62,886 bases of DNA, filler included, from Octopus bimaculoides (GCF_001194135.2; 3 parts of 3 records of this genome joined end to end with filler, not necessarily neighbours in it); one strand, 5' to 3'. Numbered from the whole stretch's first letter, positions 24,921 through 38,745 are shown. The notes: generated by a model not told the origin, from the sequence alone. Translations and numbers: made by a program.

Positions 24921-25633
24921 TGACTTGTGGGCCCCGTGAATATTTCACAGATTTAATAGTAAACCTATTGGCTAATTTCTGAAAACTTTATCCAAAAAAC
25001 TTGAAAGCATAGCTTGTGTTGTGTCTGTATGGAAAGATAGTCGCTCATCTGCTACTCATTGAAAAGTGAAAGAAATTGGAATACGATGATTACTTAATGC
25101 TCTTTATATATATACACTTTATATAATTTATGCACAATTTTATTGACTTAATACACAGCACTCATGAAATAAATATTCACTCTTATTTTTCCATTTTCCC
25201 CATAAACAAAAAAAAAATCTCATACCTATGATACAACCTTTAGTTAAATTGCATATATCTGCTATGTAAACAAGCATGAATATTTCATGGAATTGCACTT
25301 TTCACTATCCAGTCACCACCTCCATCTCCACCCCCACCCATCATCAGCTTTCTCTCCCTCCTCTTCTCTCTTTCTCTCTCTGCTTTTCTTTAACCTCACC
25401 ATCAGAACATCACCCCTCTGCTAAAATTATATTTTTATCTCTCCTCCTCTACCTACATCTAATTTTTTGAACCATGTAATAAATATTACATTCCCTCCAC
25501 CCCACGTCATGAACACTTGCTCTCTCCCTCTTTTTCTCCCTTCCTCTTTTCTTTTACCCTCTTTTTCTCTAATCATATGAAAGTGTTACTGATGGGCTAA
25601 ATAACACAACGACAAGCAGAATTATTATAAGAT
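24921..25633 (+). mobile_element. Non-autonomous family G, possibly Helitron-like (copies at 56137-56630 - and 62446-62630 +)
   Basis: All three copies share the 5' block (ggacccgcgaatatttcac...gaaaactttatccaaaaa...gaaattggaatacgatgatt). Two share the end ACAAGCAGAATTATTATAAGAT. The best-preserved start TACTAGCGGGACCCG resembles non-autonomous Helitron ends; the classification is inference. Confidence 0.55.
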
Positions 25634-25949
25634 AAACTGTTTTCATGTTTGTTTTTTAATTTTAAAAATTTCTTTCATGTGCTATGCGTCCCAAAGTGAA
25701 GCATTTTCTCCAGTCATTAAACTGCATCTCTGCAGTAATCCACACAACTCTACTTTCCATATGGTAGTGTAAGAGTCTTTACATAGGTGTAGGCATAGCT
25801 GTGTGGTAAGAAGTTTGCTTCCCAACCACATGGTTCTTAGTTCAGTCCTTCAAAATGGTACCTTAGGTAAGTGTCTTCTACTATAGCCCTGGGCTGACCA
25901 AAGCCTTGTGTGTAGATTTGGTAGACAGAAATTGAAAAAAGCTTGTATA

Positions 25950-26160
25950 CAAAAGGGTACTGAAAAGTTCCTGGGTAAAAGAAAATACAGGAGAATCAGT
26001 TAATTATGATTTTATTCAACATATTCGTCTCCCAGATTCACACACTTATTGCAGTGGTCCTTCAATTTTTCTAAGCCCTGTAAAAGAACTTGGAAGATTT
26101 AGCCTCCAACTAGGCCTTTCGCGATACCCTTAAAGCTAGGACCTTTTTAGCATCCACTTG
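25950..26160. mobile_element. Tc1/mariner-type MITE with TA TSD
   Basis: TA|caaaagggtactgaaaagttcctgg ... ctaggacctttttagcatccacttg|TA, imperfect ~26-bp TIRs. Confidence 0.75.
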
Positions 26161-26256
26161 TATGTGTGTGTCCTTGAGTTTGTGTTTGTCTCCCACCACC
26201 ACTTGAAAACCGGTGTTGGTTTGCTTACATCCCTATGAATTAGTGAACTAACTGAT

Positions 26257-26652
26257 GGTAGAGGCGCAATGGCCCAGTGGTTAGGGCAGCAGACTTGCGG
26301 GCAGAGAATCGCAGTTTCGATTCCCAGACTGGGCGTTGTGTGTGTTTATTGAGTGAAAACACCTAAAGCTCCATGAGGCTCTGGCAGGGGGTGGTGGTGA
26401 CCCCTGTTGTACTCTTTCGCCCCAACTTTCTCTCACTCTTTCTTCCTGTTTCTTGNNNNNNNNNNGGTGGTGGTGACCCCTGTTGTACTCTTTCGCCCCA
26501 ACTTTCTCTCACTCTTTCTTCCTGTTTCTTGAATAACACTGCGATGGACTGGCATCCCATCCAGCTGGAGGGAACACATACGCCATAGAAACCGGGAAAC
26601 CGGGCCCATGAGCCTGGCTTGGCTTGAAAAGGGCGCAAAAAGAAATAATGAA
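26257..26652 (+). mobile_element. tRNA-derived SINE family B, tail type 1 (Meta-domain-like), 11-bp TSD
   Basis: A-box TGGCCCAGTGG, B-box-like GTTTCGATTCCC, tail CTGCGATGGACTGGCATCCCATCCAG...GAAACCGGG. TSD AACTAACTGAT at 26246-26256 and 26653-26663. A solo tail copy lies at ~62128-62225. Confidence 0.85.
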
Positions 26653-27239
26653 AACTAACTGATATTAGGCTTAAATATAAATACTGGGGTCAATTTGTTG
26701 ACAAAACCCTTCAAAGTGCGTGTCCCAGCATGGCAGCTGTCTAATGACTGAAACAAGATAGATGGTAAAAGATAGTCATTCCTCCTGCTAGAAATGGCAG
26801 CCAAATCTCCTTCATGTCATACTGTTGTAAAATTAAGAAGCATGTCTACCCATGATAAAAATAGTGAGGATGGTCTTCACTTGAATGCCTTTTGAGCATA
26901 GCTCTGCTGAGTATAGGCTGATCTGGAGCTTCACATCAATGGCAACTCTGTTTGTTCCTGTCTGTTGGGCCAACTAACAACAAGTTTCCACTTCTACTTC
27001 AGATTTGTACGGTTTGTCCATGGTAACTAAAGGAATCTGGGACAAGTGAGAAATTTATTGTCGCAACAAAAGTTATTATACATCCACTACTCCCCTCCTT
27101 ACCACATGACTAAAATGGATGATGTGCTGCAATTCATCTGCTGCCTGCTTGAACATCCATTTGAACAAATGCACAAGTGCAGAGCAACTGTTGATGAAGT
27201 CCTCAATTAAAATTCCATGCTATATATATATATATATAT

Positions 27240-27506
27240 CATCATCATCATCATCGTTTAACGTCCGCTTTCCATGCTAGCATGGGTTGGACGATTTGAC
27301 TGAGGACTGGTGAAACCGGATGGCAACACCAGGCTCCAGTCTGATTTGGCAGAGTTTCTACAGCTGGATGCCCTTCCTAACGCCAACCACTCAGAGAGTG
27401 TAGTGGGTGCTTTTACGTGTCACCCGCACGAAAACGGCCACGCTCGAAATGGTGTCTTTTATGTGCCACCTGCACAAGCCAGTCCAGGGGCACTGGCAAC
27501 GATCTC
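27240..27506 (-). mobile_element. Family F retroposon, cut by the assembly spacer
   Basis: Near-identical to 6455-6720 (I see two substitutions). Confidence 0.85.
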
Positions 27507-27606
27507 NNNNNNNNNNNNNNNNNNNNNNNNNNNNNNNNNNNNNNNNNNNNTTAATTAATTAANNNNNNNNNNNNNNNNNNNNNNNNNNNNNNNNNNNNNN
27601 NNNNNN
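27507..27606. other. Artificial 100-bp assembly spacer
   Basis: 44 N + TTAATTAATTAA (a stop codon in all six frames) + 44 N; identical construct at 48747-48846. Confidence 0.95.
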
Positions 27607-30424
27607 ATATGCATATATATATATATATATATAAATACATACACACACATATCTATATGCATACATTCACACACACATATACACACACATATCTGTATGC
27701 ATACATTCACACATACACATACATATATATATATATATATATACGCATTACATACATTCATACATACACTCACATATATATATGCATGCATTCATTCGTA
27801 TACACACACACACACACATACACACACACGTACACTTGATGGCATGTATGTATATGAATATATTTCGCATAAGGCATATGAGATCTTGTTCATATGTGTG
27901 TATTCCTCCCTGTGCATGTGTGTATGTATTTGTGCGTGTGCGTGTGAGTATGTGCTTTTTTGTGTATGCGTATGTGTGAGCTTACCTGTGTGAATTCAGG
28001 TATAGTTACATATTATATAGGCGCCATAATGGTACTATTTTAGTGATAACTGCTTCCTGCAGCCCACCTTATTCTTCCAGATGTCAAAAATAAATTCTTT
28101 ATTATCACACAACGGTAAACTGATAATGACAATACCAACAGTGGTGCTAACAACCAAAAGAAATAGCAACCAAATACCTTCCTTCATATTATATATATAT
28201 ATATAACTTAATATGCGTTATACCTACAAAGGAAAGGCGAGATGGCCACGGAAGGATTATGGTCCTTCATAGGTCGACTCAACCAGGATTGGTTTTGAGG
28301 CTAAACAGAAGTAGCAATAATAGTAAAAATATTAATGATTCAGACGATGATAACTATAGCTAGACATCTAAGTAGTAGTAGTAGTAGTAGTAGTAGCAGC
28401 AGCAGCAGCTGTAGTAGTAGNNNNNNNNNNNNNNNNNNNNNNNNNNNNNNNNNNNNNNNNNNNNNNNNNNNNNNNNNNNNNNNNNNNNNNNNNNNNNNNN
28501 NNNNNNNNNNNNNNNNNNNNTCGGACCGGTTCTGACCAGTTCGGACCAGTTTTGCCGGTGTGGACTAGCATAAAAAATATAGAAGTACAAACGACTCGCA
28601 AAAAATTCGCTTTACTTGAATTATTTTGGAAACTTCAGTTCTGCCCCTCACATTGTCAAATATGTCTACTACTACATCAGCATGGTAGAGATAATTGTTA
28701 TTTTCGCATCATTACTTAATGGCCAATGAACGGGTTTACTTCTTAATTTTGGACTTACAATCTGTTCAGCAACGAAGCATTTCTTCTACTTTAAAAATTG
28801 TTTGAATACTATCACGTGCAAAATGAACAATTCATCATTTATGGTTATATATTAAATTGTGGATCCTTATCTTGATCTATCTCTGTCTTTCTGAAAATAT
28901 TACCCCAATTTTTGGTCACAGAGTTCTATGCCCCAATAGGAATAGCAATGTATTTAAGAATGCCAGAAACGCCAACTCAAGGAAAAGCAATCTAACGAAA
29001 TTTCTAAATGTCAAAAGCTATCAAACTATTTTACAATGTGTGTGTATATATATATATATATATATNNNNNNNNNNNNNNNNNNNNNNNNNNNNNNNNNNN
29101 NNNNNNNNNNNNNNNNNNNNNTGTGTGTGTGTGTGTGTGTGTGTGTGTATTTATATATTTATACATAAATATATGTGTGTGTATGTATATATATATATAT
29201 TTACAGAGAGAGGAGTGAGAAAGAATAAGAGAGAGACACAATCATACTCACGTATACACACACAAGCATATACAAGCATAGACACACACAGATATATACA
29301 TATATATACACATACCTATGAGTTTGTGTATATGTGAGACTCAATGTTCATTTTTTTTGTATACATGTGTGTGTTTGTATGCTTTACGTATCTGGTGTTT
29401 AAGTTCCTCCTATCGCCCCAAGTTTCCTTTGTTCAACTTAGTTTAGAGTTATGTGATGAACGGTGATTAAATATCGATTCTAATCGCCATCACTCATCAT
29501 TTTAATCTTTATTACATGTATTTGGATACGTAATTTTCTTTTGGTGATTTTTATCACTCACGAACACATAGCATTACATGATACTATTCTTAGAGAGACA
29601 CACAGAGAAAAAAATACCCTTCTTAGACTGTTATATGAATAAAGTTTAATATTTAAGTCTTGGTAGTTCAACTTACTAAAAAAAATTTTCTCCTTTTAGG
29701 TTCTTTACTTTTGCTATTATTAATCTTAATAAGTCGTTGTATAGTTTCTATAAATAGCTTAAGATAAAGGTATCTTAAAAACTTCAGAAACATTTATGCG
29801 AATCTATTTAATCTGCCGTTATATGAATCAATGTAAAATTCTTTTTCATCTGAGGGCAAAACGAAATACTGAAGTTGTTCTAAAAATATTTATTAACCGT
29901 GAGAAGGTGGGTGGGAGAGGTATTATTTCTAAATATTCTAGAAACAAACAACACTAAACAGACTTATACGCACGCGTAAATACAAAGAGGTGCATGCACA
30001 CACAAACATATATATACTCGTACACGCCTACACATTCATGTCCTGTACATAAATACATAGATAAACAAGTATATATACACCGACACGCATATACACACAC
30101 ACATATGGAAATAGAGATAAGAGAAAGAAAGAATATATGTAAAGGACAATGGTATAGATACAAAAATGCGTGTATATACACACACAACAAAACGTATACA
30201 CATACACACACACACATTATGTATAAGTTTATACATACTGTATGTATGTGTACAAATTCCGGTGTGAATTTATCTTTTAGCTTTTATTTATTTCAGCTAT
30301 TGGTTGCGACCATGCTTCAGCAGCACCTTCATTGGGTTTCGTGGAATAGACCGACCTCAGCACTTATTTTATCAGCATTTAATACCGGACGGCTAGGTTA
30401 CAGGGACGTAAGCAAACCAACACT

Positions 30425-31010
30425 GGATCGTGAGATAAACACAGATAAGTTTCTTTATTGGCCACACAGGGCCGAACACAGAGGGGACAAAATCACAATG
30501 TAGAGCTTTTCTTTCTGAAAATCGAAAAAAAGGAGAAAAACAAAATTCCGATCAAAAGGGATCGTGAATAAAAACGATCAAAAGGGATCGCGTATCACAG
30601 AAAATATTAAAATGTAAAAAGAAAGATTAGGTTTATCCGTGTGAAGAAAGCCCTACGGAAAAGACCACGTAAACTCTGGCAGGGAATAGACATATGAGAG
30701 CAAAGTGCTCTCTATCTCTCTTTTATCGATTTGCAGGTTCATGCACAAAACGGTTTCGTCATTCGCACGCACCATCTTTGCTACATTCACCCACCTTTTT
30801 TTGAAACTCTCACAAGACAAAACTTGCCTCTCTATTCTCACCTTCCTTTTCAAGTGGTACTTGAAAAAGTTGATGAGCGATTGGTCAGAGAGGAAAAGCG
30901 TTTGTCTCTAAACCTTTTGTGTCCATAGGTCCCGGGCCGAAAGTTGTCCTGAACAAGCATGTCAGGTGTTCCTCGTCGACACCCAGATTATTCCCGAAAA
31001 TATCGTCGCA
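30425..31010 (-). mobile_element. Probable LINE 3' end (L1/Tx1-like?), next to a family C SINE fragment at 30290-30425
   Basis: Minus frame RQVLSCESFKKRWVNVAKMVRANDETVLC..., then an A/T-rich UTR ending AATAAAGAAACTTATCT. Clade assignment is weak. Confidence 0.35.
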
Positions 31011-31040
31011 CCTCCCCTCCACTAATCCTCTATAGAACGC

Positions 31041-31130
31041 CTTCTAATCGATGTATCAATACCAACAGATGACAATGTTTCTCTAAAAGAAATGGAGAAA
31101 CTTTCAAAATACAAAGATCTGGAAATATAG
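31041..31130 (+). pseudogene. RLE endonuclease fragment of an R4/Dong-like LINE
   Basis: LLIDVSIPTDDNVSLKEMEKLSKYKDLEI*, the IDV..P...E.EK..KY..L motif of restriction-like endonucleases. Confidence 0.75.
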
Positions 31131-31472
31131 ATGTCTCTTAGTTCTAGTGTCTCGAACTAAGACACGAGGACTAACAAGTATATATAACATACAGAAAATA
31201 GCACTACTAGGCATCGCACACATCCTCCTTAAAACATTTTCAATACAGTAACATTAACAGCATCACAACAAACCACAACACATACACAAGGCACACAGAG
31301 CTGCGCTAGGTAATGCAGTGAAAGTACGTGATAAAAATAAGACTACTAAAGAAGAAGAAGAAGAAGAAGAAGAAGAAGAAGAAGAAGAAGAAGAAGAAGA
31401 AGAAGAAGAAGAAGAAGAAGAAGAAGAAGAAGAAGAAGAAGAAGAAGAAGAAGAAGAAGAAGAAGAAGAAGA

Positions 31473-32068
31473 ATCCGGAGTGGACTGTGGAGGGAGAGTC
31501 AAGATTGTTGATGAAAGGTCGGTCAATAAGGTTGGCAATTACCGGCGCATTGCTTGTCTTAACCTTTTATGGAAAGTGTTAATAGACATCCTCGAAGGGA
31601 AAACATATACGTCCCTTGCGGAAAACAATCTACTTCCAGTAGAACAAAAATGATGCCGAAAGGAGATACCGAAAAGGACCACTTTGTGATAGCCGATGTT
31701 GTAATGAAGAACTGCATATAGTACAAAAAGAATTTTCTACATGGCCTGGATAGACTTTACAAAGGCTGAAGACAAAGGCTTCGTTCGTGGATTTTGGAAA
31801 TTCTCGACATGTGTGGAATAGCTGTCCTATCGTCATCGGAGCATTGGTTTCAATAGCACCCAACCCGAAGAAACATCAGAAAATTTTAGAAATGCTCTAC
31901 AACCTTAGGTGTATTGTAAAAATCGGTATTATTTGGAACTGCACGCATATTTCGTTAAGTACTGTCCGTCTGAGGTCCTTGTTGTGACTTGACAGACAGT
32001 AAAAACTCCCGGTAGACAATATCTTCAATCAACAACATCACGATGTTGGATACTGTGCGACGTCTTAA

Positions 32069-32070
<2 letters not shown>
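31473..32070 (+). mobile_element. Internally deleted R4/Dong-like RLE LINE between (GAA)n (~31350-31472) and (GAT)n (~32070-32220)
   Basis: RT motifs NYRRIACLNLLWKVL..., LLPVEQK, MAWIDFTKA and WILEILDMCGI are fused to C-terminal PIVIGAL...GTAHI; 3' UTR runs into (GAT)n. Confidence 0.8.
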
Positions 32071-32126
<56 letters not shown>

Positions 32127-32629
32127 CGACGACGATGATGAGGATGATGAAGATGATGATGATGACGATGATGATTATGATGATGATGATGATGATGATG
32201 ACGACGACGATGATGAAGATCTTACTATAGCTCTGCTACTGCTGCTGCTGCTGTGGTTGGTGCCATATACTGATGGTCTTCACCATATCTTCTGACGAAT
32301 AGAAAAACCACAGGAGAATGTATCTATACATTCGTACACCAGTGATATTATTATATTCTGTGTATCTATCAAATCTGAGCTTGAAAACGTTGGAAAGTAA
32401 TTCCATATTTCAATTCCTGGATAATGTTCATACCAAAGCGTTGGCGTCAGGAATATATCCGCTTATCTTGATTCCAGTACCTAACGTCGTGCCATTTTTT
32501 CTTTTTTTTATATTTCATTTACACTGTGGTGGTAAAATATTAAGCCATCCTAAACGGAATTTGAACTTCTAAAGAATTTTGTCGGGCGCTCAAATGATTT
32601 TAGTATATGCCACGTTAAATTATATTGAT

Positions 32630-32858
32630 GGATGTGTTGTTAAGAAGCTCGTTTTTTGCAAAAACGTGGTTTCTGGCTCAAGCCTAATGAGCCGCACCTT
32701 GGACAAGTATCTTCTACTATAATGGCGGTCCGACGAATGCCCTATGAGTGAATTTGGTAGACAAAACGGTGCAGAACCACGTCGTGTATGTATGTATGTA
32801 TGTATGTATGTATGTATGTATGCATGCATGTATATTTGTATATATGTATGTATGTATG

Positions 32859-32892
<34 letters not shown>

Positions 32893-33100
32893 TGTATGCA
32901 TGCATGTATGTGTGTCATTGTGTTTGTATTTGTCACTCACCACCACNNNNNNNNNNNNNNNNNNNNNNNNNNNNNNNNNNNNNNNNNNNNNNNNAAAAAA
33001 AAAAACATAAGAACTGGTGGTGATTTGTTCGATTGATGCCTTTAAGGTGATATCCCAGCGTGGTCGCAGACCAGCGACTGAAACAAATAAAATATAAAAA
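32630..33100 (+). mobile_element. SINE family C, degenerate, internal (TATG)n
   Basis: ccttggacaagtatcttctactata...gtgaatttggtagacaaaac, (TATG)n at 32785-32910, tail cagcgtggtcgcagaccagcgactgaaacaaataaaa. Confidence 0.75.
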
Positions 33101-33717
33101 CTAAAAGCAATATTTCTATTAAATTAATCAAACTATTGCTTCCTAATATTTCCTTTCTGAAGCTATAGAAATCCAAATTATAAACTAATAATTTTCAAAT
33201 AATACAAGTGTTTATTTAATCATACTTTACGACTACAAGCTATAAATCACGGCGACCTAAATATACCACACAGCAACGTTTATTTAATTACTTCTCGTCA
33301 TTTAATCAAATTTTCCTCAAGTTAGAAATGTGGTGTGAGTAATGTGAGGAATTCTTGAGATGACAAGAATTCAGGACTATTTACTCATTTAGAATAATAT
33401 AAACGGGAACTGTTAATGTTTGTACCAAAAACACGAGTTATTCTAGCTTTAAATTAATCTGATATTGGGAAAAAATATACTACGATGTATGTAAATTATG
33501 AAGCGGTTTATCTAAGGCTTTCTGGTATTACGTGGTTTACAGATATATCTCAGTTTCTGGGATGCAAATCTACTTCCTTTTTACGAACTGCGTAATTCGT
33601 ATTAATCCTTGAAGGGTTGTGGTTCTCCTGTTCTTTAGGTACGATCTTCTCCATCGCTAACGATGAAATGCATCTCTTCTTCATAATGTTATACAAATAG
33701 CTGCAGCAGGCAGTTAG

Positions 33718-34200
33718 ATGTAAAGTATATTTTGCCTTACAAGAGAAGCCCACAAATAGAATTTGAGAAGCTTCGTTTGCATTGCTCATAGATATATATT
33801 CACTTACATGAATATTTGTGTATTCCAAGAGTTAACTTGTTCAATTATCTTCTATGTCAGTGAAACTCGATGTCCATGAGCTATATATTCCTGTCGCTGA
33901 ATTTGAGGAAAATGCAGAGTAATACACAGTGTCCAGGATTAGTATCTGTATCTCTTGGTTCATGAAAGGCCAAAATATTTAATCGTTAACTACAATGAGC
34001 TCACACCAATTATATGTACCTAAAAAGGTACAGCCATTTAAAAACATCACCAGTTGTACGTCATCTTCGCAGATTGTTCATAAAAGAATTCACATTTGTC
34101 TACTTTCGGAAAAAGACATGTATTCTGTTATAGAAATTGAGCATTCCATTGCTGGCTAACGAAACTCTCGCTAATCATAAAGTTGGGACACAGTTGTAGA
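33718..34200 (+). mobile_element. Highly decayed Penelope-like element C-terminus (GIY-YIG region)
   Basis: Frame 33941-34159 reads SICISWFMKGQNI*...KKVQPFKN...ICLLSEKD, resembling the PLE pattern W.LK..NI...K...PY....C.LCL.EK. Weak, by eye only. Confidence 0.35.
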
Positions 34201-34456
34201 TAGTCACAAGTGACTGCATTGGACACTACGCAGCACAGTGCTATGATAGAAAACTGGTCTCAATGTTTCTTCAAAAGCACGGTACATCTTAGTCGAGTTG
34301 ATGACGCAGCCTCAATTCACGTTTCAGACGAGTTTTCTTTAATTATTTGTGCTCTCAAAATGCGAGAATACTATAAAACTGTATTCTCAACTTATTTTAT
34401 TATCCTTCAAACCTATCCGCTGAAATTAGGAGAAAAACCACTTCACTGTATAAGAG

Positions 34457-34771
34457 GAGACCCCTTTCGGTCATGAATGACTATGGGACTGCACCTAGAA
34501 AGTTACCCTCCGATGCACAAGGTTGTTTGTGGAAGGCTAGCAGTCGCCCATGCATACAGGCCTCCCCTCTCCACACTACTGATGCTATCCAATGGAAAAG
34601 CAAAGGCCAATACAGCTTGGCACCAGTGATGTCGCAACTCATTTCTACAGCTGAGTGAACTGGAGCAACGTGAAATAAAGCGGTTTGCTCAAGGACACGA
34701 CGCGTCGCCGGGAATTGAACTCACGACCTTATGATCGTAAGCCGAATAACTTAACCACTAAGCCACGCGCC
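34457..34771 (-). mobile_element. SINE family A, full length
   Basis: Minus strand starts GGCGCGTGGCTTAGTGGTTAAG...GTGAGTTCAATTCCC and ends ATGACCGAAAGGGGTCTC. Confidence 0.85.
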
Positions 34772-34774
34772 ATC

Positions 34775-34806
<32 letters not shown>

Positions 34807-34819
34807 ATATATATATATG

Positions 34820-34851
<32 letters not shown>

Positions 34852-37279
34852 CACACCTCTGTGTGTATGTAGGTGTGTGTGTCTTTGGGTGTGCGTNNNN
34901 NNNNNNNNNNNNNNNNNNNNNNNNNNNNNNNNNNNNNNNNNNNNNNNNNNNNNNNNNNNNNNNNNNNNNNNNNNNNNNNNNNNNNNNNNNNNNNNNNNNN
35001 NNNNNNNNNNNNNNNNNNNNNNNNNNNNNNNNNNNNNNNNNNNNNNNNNNNNNNNNNNNNNNNNNNNNNNNNNNNNNNNNNNNNNNNNNNNNNNNNNNNN
35101 NNNNNNNNNNNNNNNNNNNNNNNNNNNNNNNNNNNNNNNNNNNNNNNNNNNNNNNNNNNNNNNNNNNNNNNNNNNNNNNNNNNNNNNNNNNNNNNNNNNN
35201 NNNNNNNNNNNNNNNNNNNNNNNNNNNNNNNTCTATCGGTCATTAGTTCACCAGTTTATTGATAATAGATTGCTGTCTTTCGAAATCTTAATATCAATGA
35301 CCAAATAAAGAGATGTGTTTTTTTCGTTTTGTTCTTTGCTTTTTTTAGGTGGGGGTTGTTGTTGTTTTTTTGTTTTTGTTTTTTTCCTTTTTTCAGTTTG
35401 GAGCTATAACATATCTTATCTGAATCTTTTATCGATATATTTGCCAATGTAGCTATCAGGCCAACCCTAAATAGAACGGTTGGCAAAATATATTCTCCAG
35501 CTGTCAATAGTATGACACTAGAGACAATAAATTACTTGTGTTGGAAGACAAGGTTACTTTCAATAAAAACAAATATATATTTTCACATTTTGTAACTAGC
35601 TCTTGTTTTTTTAAACTCCGTATAAGATATACTGATGTTTGCATAGATAGAAATACTGAATAAATATAAAAAATTCGGAGTTTCGCATCTGCATAACGCA
35701 TGTTTTGTCCATAGGAAAGCATTTAACAATTAACAGCTATGTCCATCTTGCAGTATATAAATACCTAGTGAGGTAGGTTTTACTTTTGTAAATACATTGA
35801 AAATTATAAATATTTCGTTGACTATCACAAGTAAGACATCTTGCAAATAGTTTAGCGTAGATTTGTTTAGACAACGGGACTAAATGCCCTTTCTAAGCAT
35901 CTATGTAAATATGAAAGAGTTTGATTACATACATTCTCTTAAGAAAATCCATACTATTTCCGAACTTATAACATAATTACACAACTGAAAATTACTGTTC
36001 CTCAGAATTATATGCAGGAACGCTGGCTAAAACAATTAATTTTCAAATGAATCGCTACTGTTAGCATGAAGTAGTCATGCATTTGAGTTCTGAAAACAAC
36101 TTCAGCACTTTAAATGAGCGAGTATATCATTAATGATCCATCTTATTAGACAGTTACGGGTTAAACAAGACTGATTCATCTTAGATAAATAACATTTAAA
36201 AAACATTATACTGACTCCATCGATCACAATACGCTATTAGTCTCTCTATTTCTTGTATATCATCGTACAATAAATTCCTTCTCGTCTACCTTGTTTTATA
36301 TATCCACTTATATTCTCTATCTAATCCACTTCCTTTGTTTAAGCAGTAATCAGATCTTATTCTGTCACGTAGTTTACACCAGTCTGTGTTTGTTTACACT
36401 AGTCTGTTTATGTTTTATTTTTATTCTTTCTCTTATCTCTGAATCAATTTTTCAGTTCTGTGTGTCATCTAACTTATTTACTCAATATTTTATTAGTCAT
36501 CTATCTGTCTGTCTAACTAATATTCTTGCTTTGTTATATTGTCTGTCTATAATTATTTCTAGAACGTAAAACTATATTTATACGCCAAGAATTCACAGAC
36601 TAATAATAATATACAAATTATTTCATCGACTTCAAAAATTATGTAAAAGAAGTGCTTCTTATTCAACCTAGTAATAGCTAGCAATTTTCAATTTCTATTC
36701 TCTATTCTAAAAAATCAATCAATAAACGACCCAGTTTATTTTCTTCACAAATGGGTTTAGGAGTTAATCAATTTTTAATGAAGGCCAGTAAAACTTCATC
36801 AAAAACGTTTTCTTGACAACTTTTTAGTCTAGTATATTTTTTTCATTCCATTCTTCTCAATTTTTATATATTCATTTTAACAATCTCTTTCTTCGGGTTT
36901 TTCTTTATTCTCCATCCCCCCCCCCTGCCTTGTCATTCTTCGTCTTCTCTTCATTCTCTTCCTCCTTGCTGAACTTTCTTATCTACTTTTCCCTCGTAGT
37001 TATTATTTTTTTATTATTTTTATCGTGTGTTTAAGTTGATTTGAAGCATATAATCTAGTTTCGAACGTATAAACCCCACCCTGGCTCCAAACTGTAGTTT
37101 AACTTCTTTGTAAAGGGTAGTGTGTGCACTTACGTACAATCCAGTCTCGACTGGATATCAGTATCAAAACTTTTCAGTTAGTCTAACTCAAAGTTTCTTT
37201 TCAAATTCATTTGTTGTCGCTATCACTCTACGAACTCTTCCAATCACTTGTAGTTACTTCACTATCGAAGTACCGTATG

Positions 37280-37480
37280 GAGGACATTATCTCAACGGTG
37301 ACCTCAATACGAACCTCTCCTTATGACTCTTACACTCGTCCAACACCAACAATACTGACAACAAACTCGAATTGTTGACTACCTTGATCTATTAACCTTA
37401 CTTACATACAAATCCCGGGTAACACTCAAATTCCAAACACAATTGACCTCTATATCATCTCTAAACCCAGCTATATTTTG
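37280..37480 (+). mobile_element. APE endonuclease relic of a LINE (CR1/Jockey-like)
   Basis: HYLNGDLNT (GDLN at 37297-37308) and NTIDLYIISKP motifs. Confidence 0.45.
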
Positions 37481-38698
37481 TCACTACTTTCGCTGATTTT
37501 ATCGAGCGCTCTGTTTACTGTCTCTTCTTCTGTATAGTATCTCATTTCACATTCCGCTTGTATTTCTAGCCATCTAAGTTGCCGAAGTTACGATAGTATA
37601 TATTTATTGCTTTAGTCTGGAGAAAGAGGTTTGTAAAGAGGTTTACTTACGCCCTTTGCCGACCATTCAAGACTTATGTGGTCCACATCATTGTTGTTCT
37701 TCGTGAATTATTATTGCAATTTCAATGTTGTAATAAAACATTTGAGCAGAAATTTCAGAGGAGATAATATTAGCATTAATAAGAATGGATAGGGCAAGAG
37801 AAGAAAGCGATGAGTGTCAATGTTGAGGTGGGCGCAATACGGATGACAAGACGAGAAGAAAGAATTTTCACTCTCTGTTAATTTTTCTTTAGCTATTATT
37901 TATATAATCGCAGTCAACATCAAATCGGTTAGATTTCTATTGATTCGTATGTTAAATGTTATCTCATGTAATTATTTGTTAATGTAGGTGGTGAATTCTT
38001 GTCTGATTTTTGCTGTTAATTATTCTTTCAGTTGTTTGTGTTCTTCACTCAATATTTTTGCTGTTAGTAATCAGTTACTTATCGTTCGTGTAATGACAGA
38101 ATGTTCGTCACAATCTTATTGTTATCGCATCGGTTGTGGGTTTGTATTGTTTACAGTCTACTCAGGAGGAGAAATTACTGGTCTTGTACGACTCTTATAT
38201 GCCGTGTGGGTAAGATGGTCGGCGGAGATAACTACGAGTTTGTTTGCTTTATTTTTTTCTCTCAGTGGAGTTTGCTTGTTGTTTGGCACTAAATTTCGAG
38301 GAGTTGGAATAGTTAAGATCCCAGTAATACTTCATCCTTTTCATGTAACTCACCATTGGATTATATACAATTATTGTTTCAGTTCAAAGATCCAATAGTC
38401 TTTGTCTCAATACATACGCGATCTACGTTAGCTGACCCCAGTCTCCTGTCCAGGCACCATGTATACAATATTAATCTTACGTGCTAAGATTCAGTTGATT
38501 TTCCGCATTTGGTTACTACTAATAATATTCTATAAATAAAAGTGCTTCTTTGCACTTATTCAAAGAAGATAACAATTTTTTTACCACATCTTTTGACATT
38601 GGTACAATACCAATGTCAATCGATCAAATGGAGAGTATTTACTACAGGAAGATATGACGCCATAATTACGTCTATAAATATATATATACATATATATA

Positions 38699-38745
<47 letters not shown>

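Larger units (their letters stand above)
25785..26770 (+). mobile_element. SINE family C host interrupted by a MITE and a family B SINE
   Basis: C head and body at 25785-25949, central part at 26161-26256, and 3' tail at 26653-26770 join colinearly once the two inserts are removed. Confidence 0.8.

Noticed and set aside
26390-26530. 65-bp tandem duplication inside the family B SINE
   Set aside because: The two identical copies flank a 10-N gap (26456-26465), typical of an unmerged contig overlap.
31318-31582. Poly-Glu, poly-Lys and poly-Ser ORFs
   Set aside because: Translations of the (GAA)n microsatellite; only the part after 31473 is LINE-derived.
37988-38398. 136-aa hydrophobic ORF that looks like a membrane protein
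   Set aside because: GTG start, TG-rich biased composition, no recognisable motif or splice support; likely decayed repeat sequence.
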